Shown: positions 10,559-21,069, numbered from the stretch's first letter. The stretch is DNA of 64,000 nt from Phycisphaerae bacterium (GCA_050115495.1 JASFQK010000003.1:96001-160000); one strand, 5' to 3'. Notes: a model not told the origin generated them from the letters alone. Program-made: numbers and translations.

Positions 10559-11274
10559 GGCTGCCCCCGCCGCCCGAACAGCACGAACCCGTACAGCCGC
10601 GCCAGGTGCCGCAGGTAGCGAAGCTGCTCTCCGACGTTCAATTTCGTCTGTCCGGCCTGCCGATCGGCGAATGTGATCGGCACCTCGACCACATTCCGCC
10701 ACCGGTGCCGCACGATCAATTCGAGCGCGATCTTGTATCCCACCGGCCGCAGCCCACCAAGCCGCAGCTCCGCCCGCCGCACCGCGAAGAACCCCGCCAT
10801 CATGTCTCGCACCGGCGTCAGCGGCCGCGCCAGCAGCCGCGCCACGAAGCTGTTCAACCGCCGATGCAATGGCCAGCGCAGATCCACGCGCCCGCCGGGG
10901 ACGAACCGGCTGCCGATCGTCATCTGCACCGCCGGATCGGACAGCGGCGCGAGCAGACTGGGTATCGCCTCCGGCGGATGCGACAGGTCGGCGTCCATGG
11001 CGACGACCAGCGTCCCGCGCGCCTCGCGCAATCCCGCAATCACCGCCGTCGCCAGCCCGCGTTCACCCCGCCGGACGAGGCATCGCACCGGGTATTGCTC
11101 GGCCAGGGCGCGCGCCACATCCGCCGTCCCGTCCGGCGAGTCATCATCGACAATGAGAAGTTCGCTCTGCTGCGAATCGAGCGTGTGGAACACCCGCTCG
11201 GCGAGCGGCCGCAGGTTAGCCTGCTCGTTGTACGTCGGCACGACCACGCTGACGGATGGCGGCGGTTGCTCCAT
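10555..11274 (-). CDS. Polyprenol monophosphomannose synthase (DPM1-like GT2)
   Basis: VVPTYNE, VDDDSPDGT, MDADLSHPPE, GSRFVPGG, GYKIALEL. Confidence 0.9.
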   Translation of the reverse strand: MEQPPPSVSVVVPTYNEQANLRPLAERVFHTLDSQQSELLIVDDDSPDGTADVARALAEQYPVRCLVRRGERGLATAVIAGLREARGTLVVAMDADLSHPPEAIPSLLAPLSDPAVQMTIGSRFVPGGRVDLRWPLHRRLNSFVARLLARPLTPVRDMMAGFFAVRRAELRLGGLRPVGYKIALELIVRHRWRNVVEVPITFADRQAGQTKLNVGEQLRYLRHLARLYGFVLFGRRGQP

Positions 11275-11307
11275 GGGCACTCACGTGGCGGCGCCGGCCG
11301 GCGGCCC

Positions 11308-12009
11308 TCAGTCGGCCAGGGCGTAGCGGATGATGCAGAAGATGGCCTTGCAGCCGTCACGCCAGGTGATCTTCTTGCCCTCTTCGTACGACCGGCCGGC
11401 GTAGCTGATTCCCACCTCGTAAATACGCCACCGCCCGCGGGCCACCTTGGCCGTCACCTCCGGCTCGATCCCGAACCGGTCCGACCGCAGCCGGATGTTC
11501 TTGATCACCTCCGCCTTGAAGACCTTGTAGCAGGTCTCCATGTCGGTCAGGTTCAGGTTGGTGAACATGTTGCTCAGCAGCGTGAGCAGGCGGTTGCCGA
11601 CGTAATGCCAGTAATACAGCACGCGGTGCGCGTCGCCCCCGACGAACCGCGAGCCGTACACCACGTCCGCCTTGCCGTCCAGGATCGGCTGCAGCAGTTG
11701 CGGGTAGTCTTGCGGGTCGTATTCGAGGTCGGCGTCCTGCACCAGGATGATGTCGCCCTGGGCGGCGGCGAAACCCGTCCGCAGCGCGGCACCCTTGCCC
11801 TGGTTCTTCGCGTGCTTGATCACGCGCAGCCGAGCCTCGGGAAACTCCTGCGGCAGCTTCTCGTACAGATCGAGCGTCCCGTCGCGCGAGCAGTCGTCAA
11901 CCAGGACGAGCTCCCGGTCGAGCGTGATCGGCGCGGCCAGCACGCGGCGGATGATTTCGAAAAGGGTGTTTTTCTCGTTGTAGACGGGGATAACGACGGA
12001 CAACAGCAT
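11308..12009 (-). CDS. GT2 glycosyltransferase (DPM/DPG synthase-like)
   Basis: [48 protein letters not shown]. Confidence 0.9.
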   Translation of the reverse strand: MLLSVVIPVYNEKNTLFEIIRRVLAAPITLDRELVLVDDCSRDGTLDLYEKLPQEFPEARLRVIKHAKNQGKGAALRTGFAAAQGDIILVQDADLEYDPQDYPQLLQPILDGKADVVYGSRFVGGDAHRVLYYWHYVGNRLLTLLSNMFTNLNLTDMETCYKVFKAEVIKNIRLRSDRFGIEPEVTAKVARGRWRIYEVGISYAGRSYEEGKKITWRDGCKAIFCIIRYALAD

Positions 12010-12037
12010 CGTTTCGTACACTCCCGCGCAGACCGCG

Positions 12038-12550
12038 TCAGACGGTCGCCGTCAGCAGGCGGCACAGGTCGGCGTCTCGCGACAGAATCGCCTCCCGAAT
12101 CTGCGCCCGCAGCGTTTGAATCGGCAGCCGCCACAACGCCCGCGCCAACGGCGAAACCTGCTGCAACCCCGGCTGGGGCTCGGCGAAGGCATCGAGCAGC
12201 GTCCGCTCCAGTCGCAGCCGGTCGAATTCCGGCCGCCGAAATTCCTCCCAGGTCTCCAGCAACACCGGCAGCAGCGCCGACCCACGCCGCGGAATCCAGT
12301 TCAAACCGGCGAATACCAACAGTGCCGCCGACTCGAACTGTGGCTGGGCATGGTGGGCGACCATCATGTGCCGCACCGCCTGCGCCGACCGCCCGCGGTC
12401 GAAGCATTGGCACGCCAGCAGATATCGCGTCACCGCGCAGCGCGGATTATCCGCCAGACCCGCCGCCAGCCGTTCGGCCAGCCTCTCGGGGGCGCAGCGC
12501 GCATACAATGATATGGTGCTCGCCAGCCGGCGACGCTGCATGTTCAGCAC
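12038..12550 (-). CDS. Hypothetical helical (TPR-like) protein
   Basis: ORF co-directional and close to the GT2 operon, helical Leu/Ala pattern; start uncertain. Confidence 0.5.
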   Translation of the reverse strand: MLNMQRRRLASTISLYARCAPERLAERLAAGLADNPRCAVTRYLLACQCFDRGRSAQAVRHMMVAHHAQPQFESAALLVFAGLNWIPRRGSALLPVLLETWEEFRRPEFDRLRLERTLLDAFAEPQPGLQQVSPLARALWRLPIQTLRAQIREAILSRDADLCRLLTATV

Positions 12551-12682
12551 GTTCCGTCAACCCGTACCGCTTAAACGATACCCCACGCTACGCGGACCTG
12601 CGTTTCTCGTCAACTGCTGCGGTCCGTCGGCTATACTCCCGGTTCGGCATGACGGCGGTCCGCCTGCGGAGCAGCACCGGCC

Positions 12683-13759
12683 ATGACGGCCAACCGACAC
12701 CATCCGGACAACGCGCCCCCGAATGATTCCACGGGAGATCTGGCCCCTTGGGAATATGCCGGCCTGCTCCTGACCTATTGGTGCAACGCCCGCTGCGCCT
12801 TCTGCTACGTGCACAGTGGCCCCGACCGCGGCGGACAAATGCCCGTCGAGACCGCCTGCAAGCTCTGGCGCGAACTCGACACCCTCGCCGCCCGCCACGG
12901 CCGGCAGATGCGCATCCATCTCGCCGGCGGCGAGCCGTTCCGCGACTGGCCGCATCTGGCGGCGATCGTTCGCACCGCCCGCGACGCCGGCCTCTCCCCG
13001 CTCGAAAAGATCGAGACCAACGCTTTCTGGGCGACCTCCGACGGCCTCGTGCGGGCCCGCCTCGAATTGCTGGACGCCCTCGGCATGGAGCTGCTCGTCG
13101 TCAGCACCGACGTCTATCACCAGGCCTTCATCCCCTTCGACCGGGTACAGCGCTGCGTCGAGATCGCTCGTCAGATCCTCGGCCGCGGCCGCGTACGCGT
13201 ACGCTGGTGGGATTTCTACAACAGCCCGGTCAACCTGCGTGGCGCGACGCCCGCGACCCGCGAGATCGCCTATCGCGCGGCCCTCGCTCGCCACCACGAC
13301 CGTCTCACCGGCCGTGCCGCCCAGGAGCTGGTCGCATTCCTGCCGCTCCATCCGCCGGAGCACTTCCGCGGCGACGATTGCCGCCGGCCGCTCCTCGGCA
13401 GCAAGCACGTCCACATCGACCCCTTCGGCCACATCTTCCCCGGCGTCTGCAACGGCATCATCCTCGGCACCGCCGGCCCGCGAACCGTCGGCGAGATCTG
13501 GGACGACCTCGCCACCGGCTGGCCGGCGATCCCGGTCGTTTCCGCCCTCGTCGCCGGCGGCAGCTTCGAGTTGATGCAGCGGGCCATCCCCCTCGGCTAC
13601 CGCCCCGCGCCCGAGGGCTACGCCGACAAGTGCCACCTCTGCACGCACGTCCGGCAGTTCCTCGTCGAGCACGGCCACTGGCCGCAGCACGTCGGCCCCG
13701 CCGAGTGCTACGCCCGCCCGCCGGCACAGCGGGGTTCCCCGTCGTGTCCCGGCGAGTAG
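12683..13759 (+). CDS. Radical SAM enzyme with C-terminal Cys-rich (SPASM/twitch-like) extension
   Basis: CNARCAFC CX3CX2C motif, GGEP, C...HVHIDPFGHIFPGVC, DKCHLC. Confidence 0.9.
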   Translation: MTANRHHPDNAPPNDSTGDLAPWEYAGLLLTYWCNARCAFCYVHSGPDRGGQMPVETACKLWRELDTLAARHGRQMRIHLAGGEPFRDWPHLAAIVRTARDAGLSPLEKIETNAFWATSDGLVRARLELLDALGMELLVVSTDVYHQAFIPFDRVQRCVEIARQILGRGRVRVRWWDFYNSPVNLRGATPATREIAYRAALARHHDRLTGRAAQELVAFLPLHPPEHFRGDDCRRPLLGSKHVHIDPFGHIFPGVCNGIILGTAGPRTVGEIWDDLATGWPAIPVVSALVAGGSFELMQRAIPLGYRPAPEGYADKCHLCTHVRQFLVEHGHWPQHVGPAECYARPPAQRGSPSCPGE

Positions 13760-13832
13760 AATGGTTACTGGGCCGTGGCCGGGTGCGGCTGCAAGTCGGG
13801 CCCCTTGGAGCGGTGCAGGAGAGCCAGACGCG

Positions 13833-14402
13833 ATGAGCAAGCACGATATCGGCAGGCAGGCGGGCAGAGCGACGGGGCATCATCTCGGCGGTGCCGCGGT
13901 CCGCATCATGGTAGCGGCCCTGGTGGCGGTCGGGCTGGGCGCCTGCGACCGCTCGCCCAATACGCCGGGTGCGGGCACGTCGGGGCAGGGCGTGCAGCGG
14001 ACGCTCGTCCTCCACACGATCGTCGTGACCTACCCCACGCCGCCGGCGAAGCATACCTTCGAGCAGCCCGCCGACGCCCTGGCGCGGCCGGGCGCGAAGA
14101 CGATCCTGGACAGCGATCTCGAGCTCAAGCCCGAACTGAAGCTCGATTTCGGCTACGAATGCAACGGCGAGACCTACCCGGTGACGTTCACCCTGACGAA
14201 CGTCACGGCCTACGGCGGTGGCGTCAGCTTCGACTTCGAACCCAGCACCAAGCCCGGCAACGGGGCCTTCAACGGCGGCACCCGGACAGCCACCCTGAAC
14301 AAATTCACCGTCCTCGGCCGCGCCCTGCGCCTCATCGAGGGCGAGAAGGGCGTCGACGTCTGGTGCTTCACCGAGCTCCGCTACCGCGAAGACAAACCCT
14401 GA
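13833..14402 (+). CDS. Hypothetical lipoprotein
   Basis: Hydrophobic stretch ending in LGAC lipobox; beta-rich mature part; AGGAG upstream. Confidence 0.6.
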   Translation: MSKHDIGRQAGRATGHHLGGAAVRIMVAALVAVGLGACDRSPNTPGAGTSGQGVQRTLVLHTIVVTYPTPPAKHTFEQPADALARPGAKTILDSDLELKPELKLDFGYECNGETYPVTFTLTNVTAYGGGVSFDFEPSTKPGNGAFNGGTRTATLNKFTVLGRALRLIEGEKGVDVWCFTELRYREDKP

Positions 14403-14429
14403 CCTCGCCTCGCGTAAGCGGCGCCTGAC

Positions 14430-14712
14430 GGTGCGTGCCACCGTTGGCTCGCCCACCGGAGTGTGGCATGCCGAAGCTCTAAGGCGCCGGCATGTCTTCT
14501 CCTCGTGTCGGGGAAAACATGCCGGCGCTGCGCTTCGGCATGCCACACACCGCGACGTAGCGTCGGCCCCCCGTGGCCGACGTCGACCACCGAACAACGC
14601 CCCGGTGTGCCGCTGCTCTTGAGCAGTGTCTTCCGACCCCGAGCCATCTCCATCTCTCGCCACGACCCACGGATCGCCGGGTGCCACTGCTGGCTTTTCC
14701 ACCAGTGCCATG
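14430..14712. repeat. Cluster of palindromic repeats including an 88-bp MITE-like element (14461-14548)
   Basis: 17-bp perfect terminal inverted repeat GTGTGGCATGCCGAAGC; copies of the 8955, 9275 and 52357 elements. Confidence 0.8.
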
Positions 14713-14773
14713 CCACGCCAACGCCTCTCCAAGCCCTTGACGTCCGCCACCCGCCGCCCGAACGTGTCCAGCA

Positions 14774-16801
14774 ATGAACCGTCCGCCTGACACGTCAGAC
14801 GCCGGCCCGAGCTTGCCGCTCACCCGCGTGACGATCGCCGTCCTGCTCGTCGGCACACTTCTGGTCAGCCTCGCGCTCAGCCCGCGCACCGCGCTGATCG
14901 CCACCGTCGACGGCGTCTACGTCCTGCTACTGCTGCTCGCCGCCGCCGGCTGGGGCGCCTGGCCCGCGAGAGGTCTTCGCGGCGAGCCCGGCCGTCCCGG
15001 CCGTGAGCTCCTGCTCGCTATCGCCCTCGGCCTGGGCATCATGGCTCCGCTCGCCCTCCTGCTCGGAATGAACGGTGCCCTCACCGGCCCGACAACCTGG
15101 GCCTTGCTCGCTGGCGGCGGCGGCCTGGGACTGGTGCGAATCGTTCCGGCCCTGACGCGACCGACTCAACCTGACGCGTCCCCATCGTCGCCCCGGCGAA
15201 ACCTCCTCTGGTCCGCACTCCCGCTCCTCGCCCTCTGCCCACTGCTCGGCATGAGCCTCTTCGGCGCGACGCTACCCCCCGGCATCCTCTGGCCCGCCGA
15301 GGCTCGCGGCTACGATGTCCTCGAGTACCACCTCCAGGCCCCGCGCGAGTACTACGAAGATGGCCACTTCACCTTTCTTCCGTACAACGTTTACGCCTCC
15401 TTCCCCCAGCAGGTCGAGATCCTCTACCTGCTGCTGATGTATATGATGGGCGGCCCGCTGTCGGCGGCCATCGCCGCGCAACTACTGCACCTCGCCCTCG
15501 GCGTCCTGGCGGTGGCAGCACCGGCCGCATGGTCACCACCCGGCTGGCCACGCACGCTCGTGGCCCTCGTCGCCGGCGGCGTGACGTGGATGGCGTACCT
15601 CGGCTGCCTCGCCTACGTCGAGCTCGGCCTGCTCTTCTTCGCCGCCGTCGCCGGCGGAATCGCCTGCCGCCAGGCCGACGCCACTGCGCCCGGCGGTTGG
15701 CGTGGCGCGCTGGCTGCCGGCCTCTGCGCCGGATTGGCAGGGGGGTGCAAGTACACCGCCCTGATCCTCGTCGCCGCCGGCCTCGGCTTCGCCTGGCTCA
15801 TCGCCATGCGCGCCGACCTACGGACGAGAGCCGTTCGCGCCCTCCTCTTCGGCGTCGGCGTCATCGTCGCCTTCAGCCCCTGGCTGATCCGCAACGCCGT
15901 CCAGACCGGCAACCCCGTCTACCCCTTCGCGTATCACGAGTTCGGCGGCGCCGCCTGGAGCGACGAGCAGGCCGCACAATGGTCCCACGGCCACCGCATC
16001 CCCGCCGACAAGGACTCCGTCACCGGCCGCGCCCAGATCCTCGCCGACGAGCTCTTCGTCTCGCCGCAGTTCGGCCCCGCCCTGTGGCTCGTCCCGGCGA
16101 TCGGCCTCCTCGCCTTTCCCCGCCGCCGACACTGGCTCACCGGCATCTGGCTCATCGTGACGGTCGCCGCCTGGGCAACACTCACGCACATGCCCGGCCG
16201 CTTCGCCGTCCCGATCATCGTCCCACTGGCGCTGATGCTGGGCAGTATCCCCGAGACCGGCGTACGCGGCTGGCGGCGAACACTGCTCATCGTCCTGCTC
16301 GTCTGTGCGGCAGGGGGGGCCGTCTGGAACGGCACCCGTCTACTGCGGGCCCTGGGCAACGAGGACGCCCACTGGCGGCGTCTGACGGGCGCGCATCTCC
16401 GCGACCTCGTCGGTGCGACCGAGGCTCGCGCCGCCGCCGATCCGATCAACCTCGCCATCCCCGACGCCGGCCCCACAACGACCGTCTGGCTCGTCGGCGA
16501 CGCCGCCGTCTTCTACGTGCAACCCCGCTGCCATTACACCGTTACTTTCAGCCGTGACCCCTGGCTGACCTTCGCCGAATCCGGAGCCACCGCCCCGGAA
16601 TGCGTGGACTGGCTGCGCAGCCGAAACGTGACGCATGTGGTATTCTCCTGGTCCGAAGTGGATCGGCTGCGGGACACCTACGGCTTCTCGCCGGTGGTGA
16701 CGCCGGCCTGGGTCGAGCAGCTCGAACAAGCCGGCCTCGAGCGTGTCATCACGCCCGATACCGCTCCGAGCATGGCAGTGTACGAGGTTCCGGCGGAATG
16801 A
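14774..16801 (+). CDS. Multi-pass membrane protein, ArnT/PMT-like GT-C glycosyltransferase
   Basis: YDVLEYHLQAP, YASFP, YVE, GCKYTA, PWLIRN..TGNPVYPF, RFAVP motifs. Confidence 0.7.
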   Translation: MNRPPDTSDAGPSLPLTRVTIAVLLVGTLLVSLALSPRTALIATVDGVYVLLLLLAAAGWGAWPARGLRGEPGRPGRELLLAIALGLGIMAPLALLLGMNGALTGPTTWALLAGGGGLGLVRIVPALTRPTQPDASPSSPRRNLLWSALPLLALCPLLGMSLFGATLPPGILWPAEARGYDVLEYHLQAPREYYEDGHFTFLPYNVYASFPQQVEILYLLLMYMMGGPLSAAIAAQLLHLALGVLAVAAPAAWSPPGWPRTLVALVAGGVTWMAYLGCLAYVELGLLFFAAVAGGIACRQADATAPGGWRGALAAGLCAGLAGGCKYTALILVAAGLGFAWLIAMRADLRTRAVRALLFGVGVIVAFSPWLIRNAVQTGNPVYPFAYHEFGGAAWSDEQAAQWSHGHRIPADKDSVTGRAQILADELFVSPQFGPALWLVPAIGLLAFPRRRHWLTGIWLIVTVAAWATLTHMPGRFAVPIIVPLALMLGSIPETGVRGWRRTLLIVLLVCAAGGAVWNGTRLLRALGNEDAHWRRLTGAHLRDLVGATEARAAADPINLAIPDAGPTTTVWLVGDAAVFYVQPRCHYTVTFSRDPWLTFAESGATAPECVDWLRSRNVTHVVFSWSEVDRLRDTYGFSPVVTPAWVEQLEQAGLERVITPDTAPSMAVYEVPAE

Positions 16802-16859
16802 CGGTTCAAGACATCAAACGGACGGCCGCCCGGCCGGCAGCAGGGGGGTGGACACGGGC

Positions 16860-18098
16860 ATGAAGTCCAACCGGTCTCGCTGGATCTCGCGCATCCTGCG
16901 CCTCGCCCTGTGCGTCGGGGCCATCGGCTTTCTCGTCTACAGCGTGCCCTGGCACGACCGTGTTCATCTCAACGACAAGGACAAAACCGCCGTTCGCCTC
17001 ATCGAGCAGCGCGGCGACGAGTTCGTCGTCCTCCGCGACGGCGTCGAGGTGACCCTTCCCGCGAGTGAGATCCACTTCGCCGATCTCAATGGCGAGCGCG
17101 TCCCCGACATCGAGTACGGCATCCCTCGCGTCATCAACCAGACCAACCACGTCTGGGCCCTGTGGGCCGTGCTAATCTTCATCCCGGTCCCGCTTATGAG
17201 CGCTGTCCGGCTCGTGTGGATGCTGGCCATCCAGCAGGTGCGTCTGTCCTTCTGGGAGGCGACCAAGCTCACCTTCGCCGGCAACTTCTTCAATTTCGCT
17301 TTGCCCGGCACCACCGGCGGCGACGTTATCAAAGCCTACTACATCACCCGGTTCACGCACCGCAAGACCGAGGCGGTGACCACCGTCTTCCTCGACCGCG
17401 CCGTCGGCCTGCTGAGCTTGGTGATCATGGCCGGTGTGGCCATCATCCTTACGCGCGACCCGTCGCAGTTTTCGCAGTTCGGTCTGCCGCTCACGCTGTC
17501 GGTGATCTGCGGCGTCCTGGCCGTTGGCGGCATCATCGTCTTCAGCCGCCGCGTGCGCCGCTTCCTGCACCTGCGTTACCTCGTTTCGCTGCTGCCGATG
17601 AGTGACCAGTTGCAGCGCATCGGCCATGCCACGCTCGCCATGCGCCAGCACAAAGGGCTCATGACGATCTCGCTCCTGATCACCTTCGCGCTCCAGTCCA
17701 TCACGATGACCGGCGGCGCGATCATGGCCTGGGCCCTGGGCATGCAGGGCACCTTCGACTATTTCTTCATCTACATTGCCATCGGTTTCCTTATCGCCGC
17801 CGTTCCCACCACACCCCAGGGACTCGGCGTCGTCGAGGCGGCCTACGTGCTCTTCTTCACACACAACGGCCAGAACGCCGCCTCCCAGGCCCTCGCTCTC
17901 GCCCTCGCCATCCGCCTCATCCAGCTCATCTGGTCCTTGCCAGGCGTGCTCGTGCCGCTGCTCGGCGCGCACATGCCCAGCCGCGACGAACTCCGCGCCA
18001 TCGAGACCGCCGGCGAGTCGAACGCTGACGCCGCCGTCGGTGGCGCCACAGACCGTGACGAGGCGAGCGGCTACGAGTCGGCGACGCCCAGCTCATGA
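16860..18098 (+). CDS. Lysylphosphatidylglycerol-synthase TM / flippase-like (UPF0104) protein
   Basis: GNFFNFALPGTTGGDVIKAY, VFLDRAVG, PTTPQGLGVVE. Confidence 0.88.
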   Translation: MKSNRSRWISRILRLALCVGAIGFLVYSVPWHDRVHLNDKDKTAVRLIEQRGDEFVVLRDGVEVTLPASEIHFADLNGERVPDIEYGIPRVINQTNHVWALWAVLIFIPVPLMSAVRLVWMLAIQQVRLSFWEATKLTFAGNFFNFALPGTTGGDVIKAYYITRFTHRKTEAVTTVFLDRAVGLLSLVIMAGVAIILTRDPSQFSQFGLPLTLSVICGVLAVGGIIVFSRRVRRFLHLRYLVSLLPMSDQLQRIGHATLAMRQHKGLMTISLLITFALQSITMTGGAIMAWALGMQGTFDYFFIYIAIGFLIAAVPTTPQGLGVVEAAYVLFFTHNGQNAASQALALALAIRLIQLIWSLPGVLVPLLGAHMPSRDELRAIETAGESNADAAVGGATDRDEASGYESATPSS

Positions 18099-19870
18099 AC
18101 GCCGGCTCGCCACAGCAGCCGCGCCAGCTCCATCCTGCCCTCCGCGGCGCGGCGGCCCTGATCGGTCTCATTGCCCTCATCTACCTCTGTCACGCCGGCT
18201 CGCTGCACTACGGCCTCTTCATGGACGACCACGTCCATTTCCAGCAATTGCGCGAATGCGATTGGTCGCCCGCTGGCCTGACCGGCGCCTGTCGCCTCGA
18301 GCTCGTCGGCGGCATCGTTGACGTCTGGTTCCTCCCCGACTGCACGCTCCGTTTCTTCCGCCCGCTGGCTTTCGGCCTGATGAAGCTGACCTACACGCTC
18401 ACCGGCTGGGACCCGGTCGGCATGCACGCGGCGTCACTGGCGTGGCACACGCTCGTCTGCATCCTGCTGATGTTGCTTCTGCGGCAGCTCGGCGCCGGAG
18501 CGCTTCTCGCCTGGGGCGTCGCCGCCTTGTTCGCCGTCCATCCCGGCCACGTCGCTACCGTGCAATGGATCGCCTGCCAGACTGAGTTGATGGGAACGGC
18601 GTTCATCCTTGCCGCTGCGCTCTGCTACCTGCGTTTTCGCGGATGGTCCACTGAGGGTGACGACAATCGCTCGCTCCGGCAGCGACTGCCGTGGGCGATC
18701 GCCTGTCTGTTGTTTTTCGTCGCCGCCCTCGGCTGCCGCGAGAACACCCTCTTGCTCCCCGTGGTGCTCGTCAGCGTCGAGCTCCTCCTCTGGCGCCGGC
18801 GACGGCGTGAGATCGGCGGCGTCTACGCGGCGTTCGCGCTCGTCGCCGTAGCGTATCTCGTACTTCGCTGGCAGATGCTCGGCCCGGGAGCGGTTCCGCC
18901 CAAGCCCTACGTCTTCGGCCCCACCGACGCCGGCTTCATCCGCCACGTCGTCGACAAGGCCTGCTACTACCTGCTCGGCGAGTTCCTGCTCGTCCCATGT
19001 GTGCCCTTCGCCGGCCTCGCGTACCTGCGTGAACGTCCGCTCGTTCTCTACGGCCTCACGCTCGTCGTCCTTGCCGCCCTCGTCCTGATCTACTGGGGTT
19101 GCTGGCGGAAACGACCCGGCCTGCTCGGACCGGCGTGGCTCTTCGGCTTCATGCTGCCCGTCCTGCCCGTCTTCGCCGCCCCGCATCACCTCTACATGCC
19201 CGGCATCGGCTGGGCGATCACGGTGATGCTCATCCTGAAGCTCATCGGCGGAGCGGTCACCCGCGTCAACTGGCGTCGCCAGGCCGCGATGTGGACCAGC
19301 CTGATCCTGCTCGGTGCCGCCCTGGGAGCGGTTACGCTCTCCTTCGGCCAAGCCCTCGACGCCGCCCAGCGCGTCGAAGACCTCGTCGTCGATGAGGTCG
19401 TCGCCAACGCGCCCCGCCTCCACGACGGCGACACGCTCTACTTCGTCAACCTCCCCATCATCGCCTACTGCGTCGGCCCCGCGGTCGAACGCGTCACCGG
19501 CCACCACGACCTCGAGATCCGCCCGCTCACGTGGGCGCCGCGCGTTCTCGGCTTCGTCGGCAGCGACGTCGACTGCGAGATCACCTGGCACGACCCACGG
19601 ACGTTCGACGTACGTCTCGCGGGTGATCGCTACTTCGCCGGCCCGCTCGGCGCCATCGTTCGCGCAGCCGGCGTGCGCGATGCCGTCCCCCAGACGCCCG
19701 CTTCACGCGACCAGCACGGCTTCAGCGTGGCTGTAGTCGCGCACGAAGGCATGGAAGTCACAGATTTTCGCTTCACGTTTGAGCGTCCGCTGACCGACAC
19801 GGACGTACACTTGTACTGGGGCTCGCGGGTGCTGTGGGCCTTCGAGCTTGAACCGGAAGCCACACCATGA
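18095..19870 (+). CDS. Multi-pass GT-C-like glycosyltransferase
   Basis: TM then FMDD, FFRPL, LFAVHPGHVATVQWI, ALGCRE, LYMP; ATGA-coupled to both neighbours. Confidence 0.7.
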   Translation: MNAGSPQQPRQLHPALRGAAALIGLIALIYLCHAGSLHYGLFMDDHVHFQQLRECDWSPAGLTGACRLELVGGIVDVWFLPDCTLRFFRPLAFGLMKLTYTLTGWDPVGMHAASLAWHTLVCILLMLLLRQLGAGALLAWGVAALFAVHPGHVATVQWIACQTELMGTAFILAAALCYLRFRGWSTEGDDNRSLRQRLPWAIACLLFFVAALGCRENTLLLPVVLVSVELLLWRRRRREIGGVYAAFALVAVAYLVLRWQMLGPGAVPPKPYVFGPTDAGFIRHVVDKACYYLLGEFLLVPCVPFAGLAYLRERPLVLYGLTLVVLAALVLIYWGCWRKRPGLLGPAWLFGFMLPVLPVFAAPHHLYMPGIGWAITVMLILKLIGGAVTRVNWRRQAAMWTSLILLGAALGAVTLSFGQALDAAQRVEDLVVDEVVANAPRLHDGDTLYFVNLPIIAYCVGPAVERVTGHHDLEIRPLTWAPRVLGFVGSDVDCEITWHDPRTFDVRLAGDRYFAGPLGAIVRAAGVRDAVPQTPASRDQHGFSVAVVAHEGMEVTDFRFTFERPLTDTDVHLYWGSRVLWAFELEPEATP

Positions 19871-21069
19871 ACGACGACGCCACTCTCCCGGCGCTCCGCC
19901 CCCTGGACATCGTTCCGTTTCGCGACGAGCGCGGCGAGCTCTTCTTCCAGCTTCAGGATTCCCTGCGCATCTCGCCCCGCCCGCTGGTGCTTTCCGGCGC
20001 CGGCTACTACATCCTGACGCACCTCGACGGCGCCCACACCCTCACCGACGTCCTGGACACCTACCGCCGCGAGCTGCAGCAGGACGTCCCCGCCGGCGAG
20101 GTGGAGCGCGTCATCGAGGTCCTCGAGCACTACGTCATGCTCGACACGCCACGCTTCACCGCCGCCTACCAGACGCACCGCCAGGAGTACCGCGACGCAC
20201 CGTTCCGGGACAGCCGCGAGCGCTGGCCCGCCGCCGACGCTCTTCGCCAGGAGCTCGACGAACTGCTCAGCAACGAGCGCAAGACGCGTAAGCCCATGCC
20301 CGGGGTCCGCGGCCTCGTCAGCCCCCACCTCGACTACACCCGCGGCGCACCGTGCTACGCGGCGGCGTACAGCGCCCTCGGCGATGGCGCCGGGACGACC
20401 CGTTTCGTCATTCTCGGCACGAACCACTACGGCCGCTGCCCGGCCCCCGTGGCGACCACGAAGGACTTCCAGACGCCGCTCGGCCTCGTCCGGACCGACC
20501 GCGAGTTTATCGGACGGCTGGAGCACCGCCTCGGCTCGCCGATCTGCGACGACGAGTTCGACCACCGCGCCGAGCACTCAATCGATCTCCAGGTCCACGT
20601 GCTGCAAGTGACGCACGCCGATGAGCCGTTCGAGATCGTGCCGATCCTGTGTCCAGACGTCTGTACGCCCGGATCCGAGGCCGACCCGATCGCCGCCCTC
20701 GACGCCCTCGCCGCCGCCCTGGCTCGCGAGTTGGCGGACGACAACGGCCAGACTGTCCTCATCGCCGGCGCCGACCTCAGCCACGTCGGCCAGCGTTTCG
20801 GCGACGAGAGTCCGGCGACGCCCGACGTCCTGGAGAAGGTGCGGGACCTGGACCGCCACGTCCTGGAGCTGCTCCAGCAGAATCGCCCGCAGGAGCTGCT
20901 GGCGGAAATGCGCACAATCCAAAACCCGACAAGCATTTGCAGCCTGGGTTGCCTCTACCTCCTCCGCCGGGCCCTCCCCGGTCGCCCCTGGCGCACCCTC
21001 CGCTACCACCAGGCGGTCGACCAGGAGACCGACACCAACGTCACCTGCGCCGCGGCCGTCATCGCGTAG
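19867..21069 (+). CDS. MEMO1-family protein (AmmeMemoRadiSam protein B, long form)
   Basis: SPHLDY, ILGTNHY, FQTPLG, EHSIDLQ, ADLSHVG, ICS. Confidence 0.88.
   Translation: MNDDATLPALRPLDIVPFRDERGELFFQLQDSLRISPRPLVLSGAGYYILTHLDGAHTLTDVLDTYRRELQQDVPAGEVERVIEVLEHYVMLDTPRFTAAYQTHRQEYRDAPFRDSRERWPAADALRQELDELLSNERKTRKPMPGVRGLVSPHLDYTRGAPCYAAAYSALGDGAGTTRFVILGTNHYGRCPAPVATTKDFQTPLGLVRTDREFIGRLEHRLGSPICDDEFDHRAEHSIDLQVHVLQVTHADEPFEIVPILCPDVCTPGSEADPIAALDALAAALARELADDNGQTVLIAGADLSHVGQRFGDESPATPDVLEKVRDLDRHVLELLQQNRPQELLAEMRTIQNPTSICSLGCLYLLRRALPGRPWRTLRYHQAVDQETDTNVTCAAAVIA

Noticed and set aside
12683..14402. RiPP cluster around the radical SAM gene
   Set aside because: No convincing precursor peptide, peptidase or exporter adjacent
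12683..21069. Complete AmmeMemoRadiSam triad
   Set aside because: No AMMECR1-domain gene, and the radical SAM protein lacks the N-terminal Cys-rich signature of that family
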